Assembly: GCA_965232515.1 (NCBI GenBank) | Contig: CBDDPY010000002.1 | Location: forward strand, 2,496,001-2,560,000 | Length of the DNA: 64,000 nt | From: Alphaproteobacteria bacterium | Lineage (GTDB): Bacteria; Pseudomonadota; Alphaproteobacteria; GCA-2731375 | Direction: 5' to 3' | Shown: one piece after another, positions 9,449 through 19,564 of the stretch | Layout of the letters: each line of letters begins with the position of its first letter | Numbering within the stretch: position 1 is the stretch's first letter | The notes under the pieces: generated by a model | What the model was told of the DNA's origin: nothing | Databases searched by the model: none | The model's input: only the letters and a program-made list of their open reading frames with translations | Program-made: the position numbers and the translations under genes

Positions 9449-10144
9449 CTAAAACAGTCCGGGCACCAGCCGCGCGCGCACGCGGTCGAGATAGGCGTCA
9501 TAACCATCGAGCTGACGGCGCAATGTCGCTTCTTCGATGGCGATCCGCGGCCACATGCCGAGCACGATCATCGGCACGGCCGCGAGCGCCAGCGCGCTCG
9601 ACTCCATGATCAGCCCCAGACCGGCAAAGAATGGAATCATGCCGGCATACATCGGATGGCGCACGACGGCGTAAGGGCCGGTGTCGATGACCCGTTGTTG
9701 CCGCTCGGCCTGGATCTTCACCACCGGCGCGGCAAACGAATTCTCCCGAAAGGTCCAGACGATGATAGCCAGGCCAAAGACATGCAGAGCGAGCCCGCCC
9801 CACAGCGACGCAGCCGACGGCGGCGCCGGCAACCAATGCAAATGGTGAACGTCGACCGGGATCAGTAGGAACCAACCCAGCATCAACAGCATGATCAGCA
9901 GCGTCGCGATCTTGTCTTGCCGGATCTTCGACCTGGGTCGCGCCAGGCGTTCACGCAGCAGATCGGGATCGGCCTTCAACAACCAAATCCCGACTGCGAG
10001 CTGAGATCCGCCGAGAACGGCAATCGCCAGCCAGCCGCGCGGCCAGTCGGCGGTACCCGTCAGCGACCAAGCAGGCCCAATCAGCAGCAGGACATAGGCC
10101 GCAACACCGATCGACCAACGAACCAGCAATCGCCACAGCAGCAC
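9449..10144 (-). CDS. Isoprenylcysteine carboxylmethyltransferase (ICMT/PEMT) family membrane protein
   Basis: ENSFA, VIDTGPYAVVRHPMY, EEATL and RLVPGLF motifs; AGGAGG RBS. Confidence 0.88.
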   Translation of the reverse strand: MLLWRLLVRWSIGVAAYVLLLIGPAWSLTGTADWPRGWLAIAVLGGSQLAVGIWLLKADPDLLRERLARPRSKIRQDKIATLLIMLLMLGWFLLIPVDVHHLHWLPAPPSAASLWGGLALHVFGLAIIVWTFRENSFAAPVVKIQAERQQRVIDTGPYAVVRHPMYAGMIPFFAGLGLIMESSALALAAVPMIVLGMWPRIAIEEATLRRQLDGYDAYLDRVRARLVPGLF

Positions 10145-10200
10145 ACGCCGCCTCCTTACATGGGGTGTCGTGGATGCTGCAGGTTTTTGTTGGCGTCCGG

Positions 10201-10758
10201 CTAGAGCACGCCGCGATCCATGTCGACGATGTCCTTGCGCAGGGCCTCGAACTCCTCGGCCACCTGCGGGCCGAACAGCGGGTCGGCGACACTGGCGATC
10301 TCGCTCATGATCGCGTGCCAGTCCTCGTCTTCCAGGCTGTGCTCGGCCGGCTTGAACAGGCCGTCGTCCTCCCAGGCCATGTGCTGGCGGTATTTGTTGA
10401 TGAACTCGCGCACGGTTTCGGAAAACTCCGTCCGCGGGATCTCGGCGTCGTGCAGCACCTCTTCCGTCAGCGCCCGGAACTTCCGGGTCAGATCGGACAG
10501 CTTGCGATGCTCGTCATCGAGGTTGCGGACCTTCTCGTAAGCCTCGGGATCGCGCTCCCGCAGCTTCGCCAGGACCAGATCTTCTTTCGGATGGTGATAG
10601 CGGTCGGGATAGGCCAGGCAATAGTCGATGACGCCGGTGATGACGTCGTAATCCGGCCGCCCGCCATTGTCGAAGATGCCGAGCTGGTGTTCCAGCGCGT
10701 CAAGCAGCTTGGCCAGATTGGCGTGATCCAGCCGCAATTCGTCCAGCACTTCCGACAT
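10201..10758 (-). CDS. Hemerythrin-domain protein
   Basis: LRLDH, HHPKED, EHRKL and HMAWED di-iron-type ligands; start at MSEVL after GGGAG. Confidence 0.85.
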   Translation of the reverse strand: MSEVLDELRLDHANLAKLLDALEHQLGIFDNGGRPDYDVITGVIDYCLAYPDRYHHPKEDLVLAKLRERDPEAYEKVRNLDDEHRKLSDLTRKFRALTEEVLHDAEIPRTEFSETVREFINKYRQHMAWEDDGLFKPAEHSLEDEDWHAIMSEIASVADPLFGPQVAEEFEALRKDIVDMDRGVL

Positions 10759-10841
10759 CGCCCGTCTCCCGAACCAGGTTGCATACACGACGCGCCGCAA
10801 CCGCGCCGAGATCAGCATGGCCGGGGGCCAATGGACCTGCC

Positions 10842-10855
10842 TTGACCCTGATCAA
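10842..10855. promoter_or_regulatory. FNR/DNR box (TTGAC-CCTG-ATCAA) upstream of the hemerythrin gene
   Basis: 9/10 match to TTGAT-N4-ATCAA, in the nosX-hemerythrin gap. Confidence 0.8.
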
Positions 10856-10867
10856 GACCCGCCGGGG

Positions 10868-11743
10868 TCAGCCGGCGTGCAGGATCCGCGCGTCCGGGAA
10901 CCGGCGAAGGGCCTGCCGGATCTCCTGTCGCGGCATCAGGCAGAAGGCCGTCGACAGCGCATCGGCCGCGGCGGCCGTCCGGGCCGCAACCGTCACTATG
11001 CGCCGGGCGGTCGCGGCCGCGCCGCTGCGGGGATCGATGATATGCCCCAGCCGGCCCTCGGCATCGAAGGTGGTGGCCAGCGTGTCCGACGTGGCGAGCG
11101 CCCGATTGCGCAGCCGGACGGTCCCGGCGCCCGGCGCGTCGATCCGCGCCGGCCATGCCCGGCCGTCGAGGGCGCGCAACTCGCCCACATTGACCAGCAC
11201 GTCCCGCAGGCCGCGGGCGCGCAGCAGATCGGCAACCCGGTCGGTAATGAATCCCTGAGCGACGCCGTTCAGCGTCAGGGCCATACCCGGCCGGCGAAAC
11301 GCGACCGCTTCGCCCGAGAAGTCCACCGACCCGAAGTCGGCCGGCGCCGACGGTTCGCGCCTACCATGTGCGTAGCCGTCCCACAACGGCTGCACGGTCG
11401 GATCGAAGGCGCCGCCGGTCTGCCGGTGCACCGCGACGACGAACGACAGCAGCGCCAGGAAATCCGGGTCTGGGTCCACCAGCCTCCCGTCGCGGTTCAG
11501 GCGCATGATCGCGCTGTCGGCGCGGTAGAGGCTGAACAGGGCCTCCAGACGCGCGATCTCCCGCCGGCAGTCCGCGAGAATGGCGTTGGCGACGGCGCGG
11601 TCGTCATGGGCGATCCGGATCTCGGCCCGCGCGCCGAGCGCGACGCCGCGCCAGATGGCGACCGGTTCCGCCCGCGCGCTGCCGCCACAGGCGACGGCCG
11701 CCGCCGTGACCGCCAGGAACCGGCGTCGCGTCAGTCCGGTCAT
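10868..11743 (-). CDS. nosX: NosX/ApbE FAD:protein FMN transferase
   Basis: Tat signal TRRRFL; FDPTVQPLW, LNGVAQG, ALATS, HIIDP and ADALSTA motifs; last gene of the nos operon. Confidence 0.9.
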   Translation of the reverse strand: MTGLTRRRFLAVTAAAVACGGSARAEPVAIWRGVALGARAEIRIAHDDRAVANAILADCRREIARLEALFSLYRADSAIMRLNRDGRLVDPDPDFLALLSFVVAVHRQTGGAFDPTVQPLWDGYAHGRREPSAPADFGSVDFSGEAVAFRRPGMALTLNGVAQGFITDRVADLLRARGLRDVLVNVGELRALDGRAWPARIDAPGAGTVRLRNRALATSDTLATTFDAEGRLGHIIDPRSGAAATARRIVTVAARTAAAADALSTAFCLMPRQEIRQALRRFPDARILHAG

Positions 11744-12282
11744 CCCTGCAGGCCTCCGCCATCTTCTGCCGCCGCCGGCAAATCCACCTCGACCGGTCCC
11801 AGCACCATGGCGTCCTTGATGTCGGCGAAGGCGATCACGGTGCCGCCATGCCGTCGCGCGAAGGCCTCGGCCGCGCCGCGGTCGGCGAACGGCACCAGTT
11901 CCGGCGCGCCCATGCCGCCGCGGCGGTCGCTGCCGACCACAAAGACGGCCGCGCGCAGCGGGATCCAGTTGTCGTCGCCGGGGCGGTCCCAGCTCGCCGC
12001 CGCGCCCATGTCGTGCACGTAGATGACGCTGATCGCCGCCGTCTGCTCGGGCATCCGGTCGAAGGCCAGCGCGTCGCGCACCTGGCTGAACCAAAGCGGA
12101 AACTCATAGCCGACGAGGTGCACCTGCGCCTTCGGGCCGGGATGGTCCAGCACGGTCATCTGGCAGAAATGCCCGGCGGCCTCGCGGGTCAGCGCGATCG
12201 GATCCGGCACGACCGCCATTTCCGGCTCGTCGCAGCCGGCGAGCAACAGCAGGGCCAGACCGCAGATCTTCAATCTCTTCAT
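11740..12282 (-). CDS. nosL: NosL copper chaperone lipoprotein
   Basis: Lipobox LAGC; CQM, HPGPKAQ and GGMGAPE motifs. Confidence 0.93.
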   Translation of the reverse strand: MKRLKICGLALLLLAGCDEPEMAVVPDPIALTREAAGHFCQMTVLDHPGPKAQVHLVGYEFPLWFSQVRDALAFDRMPEQTAAISVIYVHDMGAAASWDRPGDDNWIPLRAAVFVVGSDRRGGMGAPELVPFADRGAAEAFARRHGGTVIAFADIKDAMVLGPVEVDLPAAAEDGGGLQG

Positions 12283-13109
12283 GGCTCGCGCCTCCGAAAC
12301 ACCGCCGCCGCCAGGGCTAACAGCGCCAATGGCCAGGCGATGAGCGAAATCAGCGGCGCCAGGCTCGGCAGCGCCGCCGTCTGGGCGCCGCCGGCCAGGC
12401 TGCCGGCGAAGGCGCCGGCATCGATGGCCAGCAGATTGAACAGCCGAAAGGCGTCGGTCGGGCTGGCGACCAGCAGCCAGGGGAAGACCGACCGGGTGAA
12501 CATGCCGCCGTCGTCCATGACCACGGCGCCCAGCAGCGCCACGTCGAACATCACCACGGCGATCACCCAGACCGTCAGCGCCAGGCTGGCGGCCGTGCCG
12601 GACTGCCGCACCCAGGCGCTCAGCGCATTGCCGAGCGCCAGGAACCCGGCGCCCAACAGCACCGCGCTCCAGACCAGCCGCAATAGGTGTCCGAAGCTCG
12701 CCGGCGTCACGTCGCCGGTTGCCGCGACGGCGGCCGCTGTCGCGGCGAAGCCGATGACGACCGACGCCGCCAGCACCAGCAGTTGCGCGGCGAACTTACC
12801 GACGAGCAGCTCCGATCGCGAGATCGGATAGGTCAGCAGCAGCGGCAGCGTGCCACGGTCGGCCTCGCCGCTCACCGAATCGTAGGACAGCAGCAGCGCG
12901 ATCAGCGGTACCAGATAGACCGAGAGCGTCGCCAGGCTCGAGACCGTGACGGTCAACCGGTCGACGCCCAGCGTCCCGGCCGCGCCCGATCCGGCGAAGG
13001 CCAGGATCAGGCCGAACACGGTCATCAACGCGACGGCCGTCAGAACCCATCGGTTGCGCCGCGCGATGCGCATCTCACCGACGGCGACGGCAACGATACG
13101 GGCGATCAT
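12279..13109 (-). CDS. nosY: NosY ABC permease
   Basis: RNRW, YLVPLIALLLSYD, GTLPLLLTYP and PTDAFR motifs; start at MIARIV. Confidence 0.93.
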   Translation of the reverse strand: MIARIVAVAVGEMRIARRNRWVLTAVALMTVFGLILAFAGSGAAGTLGVDRLTVTVSSLATLSVYLVPLIALLLSYDSVSGEADRGTLPLLLTYPISRSELLVGKFAAQLLVLAASVVIGFAATAAAVAATGDVTPASFGHLLRLVWSAVLLGAGFLALGNALSAWVRQSGTAASLALTVWVIAVVMFDVALLGAVVMDDGGMFTRSVFPWLLVASPTDAFRLFNLLAIDAGAFAGSLAGGAQTAALPSLAPLISLIAWPLALLALAAAVFRRREP

Positions 13110-14008
13110 GGCTCTTCCTCCGGCCGGCTGTAGCGGCGATAGACATCCTCCAGGCTGGGCGGCACCACGTCGACGTCCTCGACCGCCGCGCCGAGCGCGG
13201 TCACCGCCGACAGGCATCGGATCTTTTCCCCCGGCGCGCAGACCAGCTCCACGGCGCAGCCGTTGACCCTGGTGCCGCCGACGTGACGCGCTATTGCGTC
13301 GGCCGCGCCGGGCCGCGCCGCTACGCGAATACGTACCGGCAGCCCGGCGCCGGCGCGCAACGCCGTCAGGCGGCCGTTCGCCGCGACCTGCCCGTTCCGC
13401 AGGATGACGATGCGGTCGGTCCGCGCCTCCAGCTCGGTCAAGGCATGCGACGACAACAGCACCGCGGCGCCGGCCGCCGCGAGCTCCGCCGTCATGGCGT
13501 AGAACATCTCGCGCGACAGCGGGTCCAGGCCGCTGGTCGGCTCGTCCAGCACCACGAGCCTCGGGCTGCCGATCAGGATCTGGGCCAGCCCCAGCCGCTG
13601 GCGCATGCCCTTGGAATAGGTGCCGATGCGACGGTCCATGGCGTCGCCCAGGCCGACCCGCGCCAGCGCGTCGCGCGCCAGCCGCACCGGCGCGCCCTTC
13701 AGCCGATAGAACAGCGTCAGCTGCTCGCGGCCGGTCAGGGAGGGATGGAAGGCCACGTTCTCCGGCAGATAGGCGCAACTCGCCCGCACGGCGTCGGCGC
13801 CGGGCGATTGGCCCAGCACTTCGATCCGGCCCGCGTCCGGCGCCGTCAGCCCCAGGATCAGCTTGATCAGCGTGGTCTTGCCGGCGCCGTTATGGCCGAG
13901 CAGCGCCAGCCGCTCGCCCGGCGCGATGTCGAGCGAGACGCCGTCGAGCGCGACCTGCGCGCCGTAGCGCTTGGAGATCGTCTCGATCCTGACCGCCGGA
14001 CGCGTCAT
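13106..14008 (-). CDS. nosF: NosF ABC ATPase
   Basis: GHNGAGKTT, YSKGMRQR and LDEPTSGLD motifs. Confidence 0.93.
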   Translation of the reverse strand: MTRPAVRIETISKRYGAQVALDGVSLDIAPGERLALLGHNGAGKTTLIKLILGLTAPDAGRIEVLGQSPGADAVRASCAYLPENVAFHPSLTGREQLTLFYRLKGAPVRLARDALARVGLGDAMDRRIGTYSKGMRQRLGLAQILIGSPRLVVLDEPTSGLDPLSREMFYAMTAELAAAGAAVLLSSHALTELEARTDRIVILRNGQVAANGRLTALRAGAGLPVRIRVAARPGAADAIARHVGGTRVNGCAVELVCAPGEKIRCLSAVTALGAAVEDVDVVPPSLEDVYRRYSRPEEEP

Positions 14009-15267
14009 GAGCGATCCTCCCCGGGCGGCCGCATCAGCGGCCTGCTGTCGATGACGCCGCCCGGCAGCAGCGCCGGAAAGGCCTGCTGCGTCCAGCGGAT
14101 CAACTGCACCGCCGGGCTGCCGAGCAGCAGCCGCGCCGCCGGCTGCGTCCACAGAATATGGTCCATCAGGTCGTTCGGCCGGTAAGCCATGTCGGCGAAC
14201 CCGTCGGCGTCGATGTCGAAGGCGGCGTGATCGCTCCAGTAATTGCCGCGGCCGCCGGCGCTCCAGTCGAGCCAGCGCGAGCCGACATATTTCACCTGCG
14301 TGCGGTTGCCCACGAAGGCGTTGCCCGTGATCTCGTTGCGCTCGGACCCGGCCGTGAAATGGATGCCGATGCGGCAGGCCTCGAAGCGGTTGTCGGCGAT
14401 GCGGTTCTTGTTGGCGTTGTACATGAACAGGCACTTCTCGCCGCCGCCAACAACGACGTTGCCTTCGATCTCCGCCCGGTTGGCATAGTTCAGCATGATG
14501 CCGTGGTCCCGATCGTTGCGGGACTCGTTGCCGCGCACCACCAGGTTCTTCGAGAACATCAGCGCATAGCCGGCATGATTGTTGCGCGAGACGTTGCCGG
14601 TCAGCTCGCCGCCGTTCGTGTACATGTAGTGCACGGCGAAACGCAGGTCCTCGAACCGGTTGTTCCGGAACGTGTTCTTTCGGCTGGTATTGACGAAGAT
14701 GCCGTCACGGCCGTAGCGGACGCTGTTGCCGTCCACCACCGTGCCCGGCGCGTTCCAGATATAGATGCCGTTGCCGCGCTCGTTCACCCGGTGACCGCGC
14801 CGGCCGACGATGCTGTTGCCGCGCACGACAGTGCCCCGCGCGCCGTGCACGTCGATGCCGACAAGGTTGCCGACAAGCCGGTTGTCGGCCACGACGCCGT
14901 CCTTCGCCGTCTTGGTCAGTTTGATGCCGGAATCGAGATCTTCGTGCGACGAGCCCGAGCCGACGATCTCCAACCCACGCACCGTCACATCGGCGCCGGT
15001 AATGGTGACAACCGTGCCGGCGCCGGGCCCGACGATCCGCGCGCCGGCGTCGCCGACAAGCTTGAGCGGCCGGGACAGGACCACCAGCCCCGCGTGATCG
15101 CCGGACCCAAGCCGGACGGTATCGCCCGGCCCGGCCCGCTCGATCACCGATGACAGCGCGCCCGAACCGGCCGCCACGACCCATTCGCGGGCCGCGGCGG
15201 CGTCCGCCATCACCGCCCCGAACAGGACAACGACGGTCAGACCGGCAGCGGCGCGGGCGCGCGTCAT
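14005..15267 (-). CDS. nosD: NosD periplasmic maturation protein
   Basis: RGNGIYIWN, LRFAVHYMY, GNYWSD and LLGSPAVQ motifs. Confidence 0.95.
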   Translation of the reverse strand: MTRARAAAGLTVVVLFGAVMADAAAAREWVVAAGSGALSSVIERAGPGDTVRLGSGDHAGLVVLSRPLKLVGDAGARIVGPGAGTVVTITGADVTVRGLEIVGSGSSHEDLDSGIKLTKTAKDGVVADNRLVGNLVGIDVHGARGTVVRGNSIVGRRGHRVNERGNGIYIWNAPGTVVDGNSVRYGRDGIFVNTSRKNTFRNNRFEDLRFAVHYMYTNGGELTGNVSRNNHAGYALMFSKNLVVRGNESRNDRDHGIMLNYANRAEIEGNVVVGGGEKCLFMYNANKNRIADNRFEACRIGIHFTAGSERNEITGNAFVGNRTQVKYVGSRWLDWSAGGRGNYWSDHAAFDIDADGFADMAYRPNDLMDHILWTQPAARLLLGSPAVQLIRWTQQAFPALLPGGVIDSRPLMRPPGEDRS

Positions 15268-15269
15268 CG

Positions 15270-17216
15270 TCAGCTCGACCGCGGCTCGACGATCATCCGC
15301 CCGCGCATCTCCATGTGCAGCGCGTGGCAGAACCACTGGCAGTAAAACCAGTGCACGCCCGGCCGGTCGGCGATGAAGGTCGCCGATGCGGTCGCCTGCG
15401 GCCCGACCTCGAAGGCGATGCCGTGATTGCCCAGCGTGAAGCCGTGCGTCAGGTCGTCGACATCGTCCAGGTTGGTGACATAGATCGTCACCTCGTCGCC
15501 CTGCTTCACCGTGAACTTCTCCATTGAGAATTCCGGCGCCACCGAGGTCATGTAGACGCGGACCTTGTTGCCGTCACGGATCGGCGCGTCGGCGCCGTCG
15601 TCCAAATCGACGCCATCGGCCGCGGCCTGCTGGCGCGCGTCCTCCCACATCGGATCGTCACGTTCCCAGATCGAGGCCGGGCTGACCTTCGACCTGTGCA
15701 CGATGATGCAGTCATGGGGCTCGGCGAAGGTCGGCCCGTCATGCACCACCTTGGGCTGGTCGGTGGAGATGTCGAGCAGTTGCTCGTTCTCCGGCTTCAG
15801 CGGTCCAACATTCAGGAACCGGTCCTTGGAGAACTTGTTCAGCGACACCAGCCACTTGCCGTCGGCCTCCTTGGTCTCGCCCATGCTGCTGTGGTTGTGG
15901 CCCGGCTGATACTGCACGTCGGTCTTGGCCAGGATCGGATCGACGTTCTCGCCGGCATACTGACGGATCGCCGCCTCCATGTTCCACTTCGCCATCTGGC
16001 TGTCGAGGAACAGCGTCGTGTAGCAGTTGCCTTTGCCGTCGAACGCCGTGTGCAGGGGCCCCAAGCCCAGCTCCGGCTCGGCCACGACGCAGGACCGCGG
16101 ATCGGCGCCGCTCTCGAACAGGGCATCGACCTTGGTCACGTCGAGCACGGTCACCGTCGGCGACAGCTTGCCGTTGATCACCACGTGCCGCCCGTCCGGC
16201 GCCGTGTTGCAGCCGTGCGGGCTGTTGGGGATCGGCACATAGGCCGTATAGGGCGAGCCCTTGCGGCCGTCCAGCACCGGCACGCCGTTATGACGCTCGA
16301 AGTCGCCGTTGCGGACGCCTTCCTCGATCCGCTTGATGTTGAAGATAACGGCCCAGTCGGTCTCGCTCTCCGTCATCTCCGCCAGGGTCACGCCGCCTTC
16401 GGAGTTGTAGCAGGTCGAGAAGGCGTATTTGCCCTGATAGTCGGCGTCGCAATTGTCCAGATTGCCGTCGACGATGACCTGCCAGGCGACCTCCATGCTG
16501 TCGCCGTCGATGGCCGAGAAGATCGCCACGTATTTCTCGGGATCGTCCAGGATCATGCCGTCGTTCGGCAGCGGAATGCGGTGCTCGCCGTTCGCGAACA
16601 CATAGCCGGTGCGCGGGAACTTCTGCGGCCGCAGGCCGTGGATGTCGCTGGCGTTCGGGATCTCGATGATCTTGTCGCACTTCATGACGTCGCAGCGGAC
16701 GCGCGCGACCCGCGTGTTGGCCTTGTCGTTCATGAACAGGTAACGGCCGTCATAGGTGCCGTCGGTGAACGACATATGCGGGTGGTGCAGGTCGCCATTG
16801 GCATAGGTCTGCATACCGTGCGCGGCCAGGTACTCCTTGGTCTCGGGCAGCAAGCCCTCGGTCATGACCTTCAGGCTCTCGTTGGTCTGACCCCAGCCGG
16901 TGGCGCTGCAGCGGTTGAACACCGGCACCCGCATCAGCTCGCGCATCGACGGCATGCCGATGATGCGCAGTTCGCCCGATTGGCCGCTCGACCAGAAGCC
17001 GTAATACTCGTCGAGCTCGCCGGGGGCCAGCGCGTGGCTGTGTTCGTGGCTCGCCGCGCGGGCCGGCTGAACGAGGCTCTGGCCAACCACGGCCGCCGCG
17101 CCGCCGCCCATGGCGCCCGCCGCCAGCACGGTCGTCGCCGTGCCGCCCAGCATGTTCCGGCGCGAGACGGTGATGCCGTCTTCAGTCTCGTCGGTCTTCG
17201 TCGTCTTGTCGGTCAT
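15270..17216 (-). CDS. nosZ: Nitrous-oxide reductase, clade I (Tat-exported)
   Basis: SRRNMLG Tat motif; CuZ motifs DLHH, GPLH and EPHD; CuA motif [12 protein letters not shown]. Confidence 0.98.
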   Translation of the reverse strand: MTDKTTKTDETEDGITVSRRNMLGGTATTVLAAGAMGGGAAAVVGQSLVQPARAASHEHSHALAPGELDEYYGFWSSGQSGELRIIGMPSMRELMRVPVFNRCSATGWGQTNESLKVMTEGLLPETKEYLAAHGMQTYANGDLHHPHMSFTDGTYDGRYLFMNDKANTRVARVRCDVMKCDKIIEIPNASDIHGLRPQKFPRTGYVFANGEHRIPLPNDGMILDDPEKYVAIFSAIDGDSMEVAWQVIVDGNLDNCDADYQGKYAFSTCYNSEGGVTLAEMTESETDWAVIFNIKRIEEGVRNGDFERHNGVPVLDGRKGSPYTAYVPIPNSPHGCNTAPDGRHVVINGKLSPTVTVLDVTKVDALFESGADPRSCVVAEPELGLGPLHTAFDGKGNCYTTLFLDSQMAKWNMEAAIRQYAGENVDPILAKTDVQYQPGHNHSSMGETKEADGKWLVSLNKFSKDRFLNVGPLKPENEQLLDISTDQPKVVHDGPTFAEPHDCIIVHRSKVSPASIWERDDPMWEDARQQAAADGVDLDDGADAPIRDGNKVRVYMTSVAPEFSMEKFTVKQGDEVTIYVTNLDDVDDLTHGFTLGNHGIAFEVGPQATASATFIADRPGVHWFYCQWFCHALHMEMRGRMIVEPRSS

Positions 17217-17249
17217 TGTCGTCCTCCTCGCTGTTTGTCTTTCAGGGAT

Positions 17250-19406
17250 TCATTCGGCCGCCATCTGCCCGGTCTCCCCGAGCAGCAGGGCGCGGCGTTT
17301 GCGTTTCTTGATGCAGACCGGGCATTTCTGGTCGTGCTGGTAGAGCACTTGGCAGTGCATGCAGTAGAGGCACTCGTTCGGGCTGATGCGGCCGTCGGGA
17401 TGGATCGCCTGCACCATGCATTCGGCCGAACAGCGCTGGCACGGATTGCCGCACTCGCGATAGCGGTTCATCCACTCGAACACGCGCATCTTGGCCGGGA
17501 TCGCCAGCGCCGCGCCCAGCGGACACAGGTAGCGGCAGTAGAAGCGCTCCACGAACAGCCCGGCGATCAGCAGCACGGCGACGAAGGCGACGAACGGCCA
17601 GGCCCGCTGGAATTTCAGGATGATCGCCGTCTTGAACGGCTCGACTTCGGCGAAGCGCTCGGCCAGCGGCAACGAATAGAGCGACAGGCCGAACAGCGCC
17701 AGAAAGATCATGTATTTGATCGGCCACAGCCGCTCGTGCAGCGCCCAGGGCACCGTCCATTGCGGAATGCGGCAGAGCTTCGCCGCCCGGTTCAGCAGCT
17801 CCTGCAGCGCGCCGAACGGGCAGAGCCAGCCGCAGAACACGCCGCGGCCCCAGAAGATCAGCGACGCCGCCAGGCTGAACCACAGGATGAAGACCAGCGG
17901 GTCGATCAGGAAGGCGTCCCAGCTGAACTCGTTCGCCAGCGCGTTCGCCAGCGCCAGCACGTTGACGACCGAGAGCTGCGCGTTCGCGTACCAGCCCAGC
18001 CAGCCGAGCGTGAACACCATGAAGCCGATACGAAACCAGAAGACGTAGGTCTCGTTCCGCGTCAGCGGCAGCTGGAAGAAGAAGAACACCGTCAGCACCA
18101 CCAACGCCGTCACCAGGATGGCGATGTCGACGGCGCGGTCGCGCCAGATCCGCTGCCACAGCGCCGCCTTCGCCGCTGCCTCGTCGTCGGTGTCGATGCC
18201 GGGTGCCAGAGCGCTCGTGGCCGCCGTGGGAATTTCGCGCAAATAGGTCCCGGGCAGCCGGTAGGCCATGTCGAAGGTCAGGAACGATTTCTTGATCGGC
18301 CCGACGGCGCGCTGCACCAGCAGCTGCAGGCGCCAGGGCCGGGTCGGATCGAAGCCGGAATCGGCCGGAATCCGAAACAGGTCGAGCTCGTTGAAGCTGG
18401 GCGCGCCGGCGGCCGCGATCTGTCCCAGCCGGCGGTGCTGCTTGTCTCGGAACCGCACGCTCAGATCGCCCTGCACGACCTGAATACGGTCGAACAGGCC
18501 GCCGCGCACGTAGCCCGAGCCCTTGAACGAATAGCGCCCGCGTCCGGCCACCAGGATCGCGTGTTCGCCCGCGGCCAGCTCGGATGTCAGGTTCCCGTAT
18601 TCGGCCTCGCCCAGCAGGCTCAAGCCGATCGCCGGCACGCTGACCAGCGCCGCCTGCATGTCGATGAAGGTCTCGGTCGCCGCGCCCGGTTCCGGCCGCG
18701 CCGCCGCCGCCTCGTCGCCGATGTCGCGAAAGGCCTGGTTGACCTGACCGATATCGAGCGTCAGCCGGCGGACGGCGCCGTCGCCGCTCAGGTCCATCCA
18801 GGACCGCACATCCTGCAGCGACGTATCGATTTCATAGACCGGACCCGCCGGCGGCGCCTTTGGCGCCAGACCGCCCAGCCCCAGGGCGCGGGCGACCTTC
18901 AGGCCGGCGCGCACGATCGAATCGTCGATCACGATGATCGTTACCGTGGCGCCGGAGATGATTTCCAGCTCGTGCCCGGACCCCTCCTTCTCGGCCTCGA
19001 CCTTCAGGTCGAGCCCGACATAGCGCTGGGTCAGCGCCTGGATCTTGCGCTCGGGGATACCGATCAGCACGATCGGCTCGGCATGCTCGACCAGGCGCAG
19101 GCCGGTCACCACGGCGTCGCCGTCGATGCCGACAACCGTGTGGATCGGCTTGCCGGAATAGCCCGTGGTCGAGACGAAATCCGAGGTCAGGAAGGCCCAG
19201 CCGACGGTGTCGCCGCCCTTCAGCAGCGGCACGGCGGGAAGGTCGGACCGCGGCTTGCCGTAACGGTCCGCCGATGGATTGAGGTCGGCCGGTTTCAGCC
19301 GGTCCAGGAACTTCGCCAGCAAGGCGCCGTCTCCCGTCGCCGCCTGCGCGGTTAGGGATGGCTGCGCGATGAGCAGCATCAGCAACGAAAGGATGATCCG
19401 TGCCAT
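17250..19406 (-). CDS. nosR: NosR membrane flavo-iron-sulfur protein
   Basis: GYSGKPI, FMN site ISGATVT, CGWLCPFG, CRYLCPLG and C-terminal 4Fe-4S Cys clusters. Confidence 0.96.
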   Translation of the reverse strand: MARIILSLLMLLIAQPSLTAQAATGDGALLAKFLDRLKPADLNPSADRYGKPRSDLPAVPLLKGGDTVGWAFLTSDFVSTTGYSGKPIHTVVGIDGDAVVTGLRLVEHAEPIVLIGIPERKIQALTQRYVGLDLKVEAEKEGSGHELEIISGATVTIIVIDDSIVRAGLKVARALGLGGLAPKAPPAGPVYEIDTSLQDVRSWMDLSGDGAVRRLTLDIGQVNQAFRDIGDEAAAARPEPGAATETFIDMQAALVSVPAIGLSLLGEAEYGNLTSELAAGEHAILVAGRGRYSFKGSGYVRGGLFDRIQVVQGDLSVRFRDKQHRRLGQIAAAGAPSFNELDLFRIPADSGFDPTRPWRLQLLVQRAVGPIKKSFLTFDMAYRLPGTYLREIPTAATSALAPGIDTDDEAAAKAALWQRIWRDRAVDIAILVTALVVLTVFFFFQLPLTRNETYVFWFRIGFMVFTLGWLGWYANAQLSVVNVLALANALANEFSWDAFLIDPLVFILWFSLAASLIFWGRGVFCGWLCPFGALQELLNRAAKLCRIPQWTVPWALHERLWPIKYMIFLALFGLSLYSLPLAERFAEVEPFKTAIILKFQRAWPFVAFVAVLLIAGLFVERFYCRYLCPLGAALAIPAKMRVFEWMNRYRECGNPCQRCSAECMVQAIHPDGRISPNECLYCMHCQVLYQHDQKCPVCIKKRKRRALLLGETGQMAAE

Positions 19407-19481
19407 TCGCCGACGCCCTGCCCCGCGCGCGTTGAATGCTTCAAAACGCCATCACTGTTTCAAATTCGCGTGCGCCGGTAT

Positions 19482-19495
19482 TTGACTTTGGTTAG
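19482..19495. promoter_or_regulatory. Candidate DNR/NNR box (TTGAC-TTTG-GTTAG) between nosR and the regulator
   Basis: Degenerate match to TTGAY-N4-RTCAA about 80 bp upstream of nosR. Confidence 0.5.
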
Positions 19496-19564
19496 CCGAG
19501 GGCGAAAATCGGCCAGAGAAGGCAGGACGTTGTCCGCCGAACGCCAAGCTGGGATGTCACGCGT

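Noticed and set aside
10868-13778. Long N-terminal extensions of nosX and nosY in the ORF track, suggesting fusions
   Set aside because: The extensions overlap upstream nos genes in other frames; the true starts fit ATGA-type coupling. The same applies to the 42285..43538 and 21312..23147 extensions.
15696-19355. 1219-aa plus-strand ORF
   Set aside because: Antisense shadow of nosZ/nosR caused by GC-rich codon bias; no recognisable motifs.
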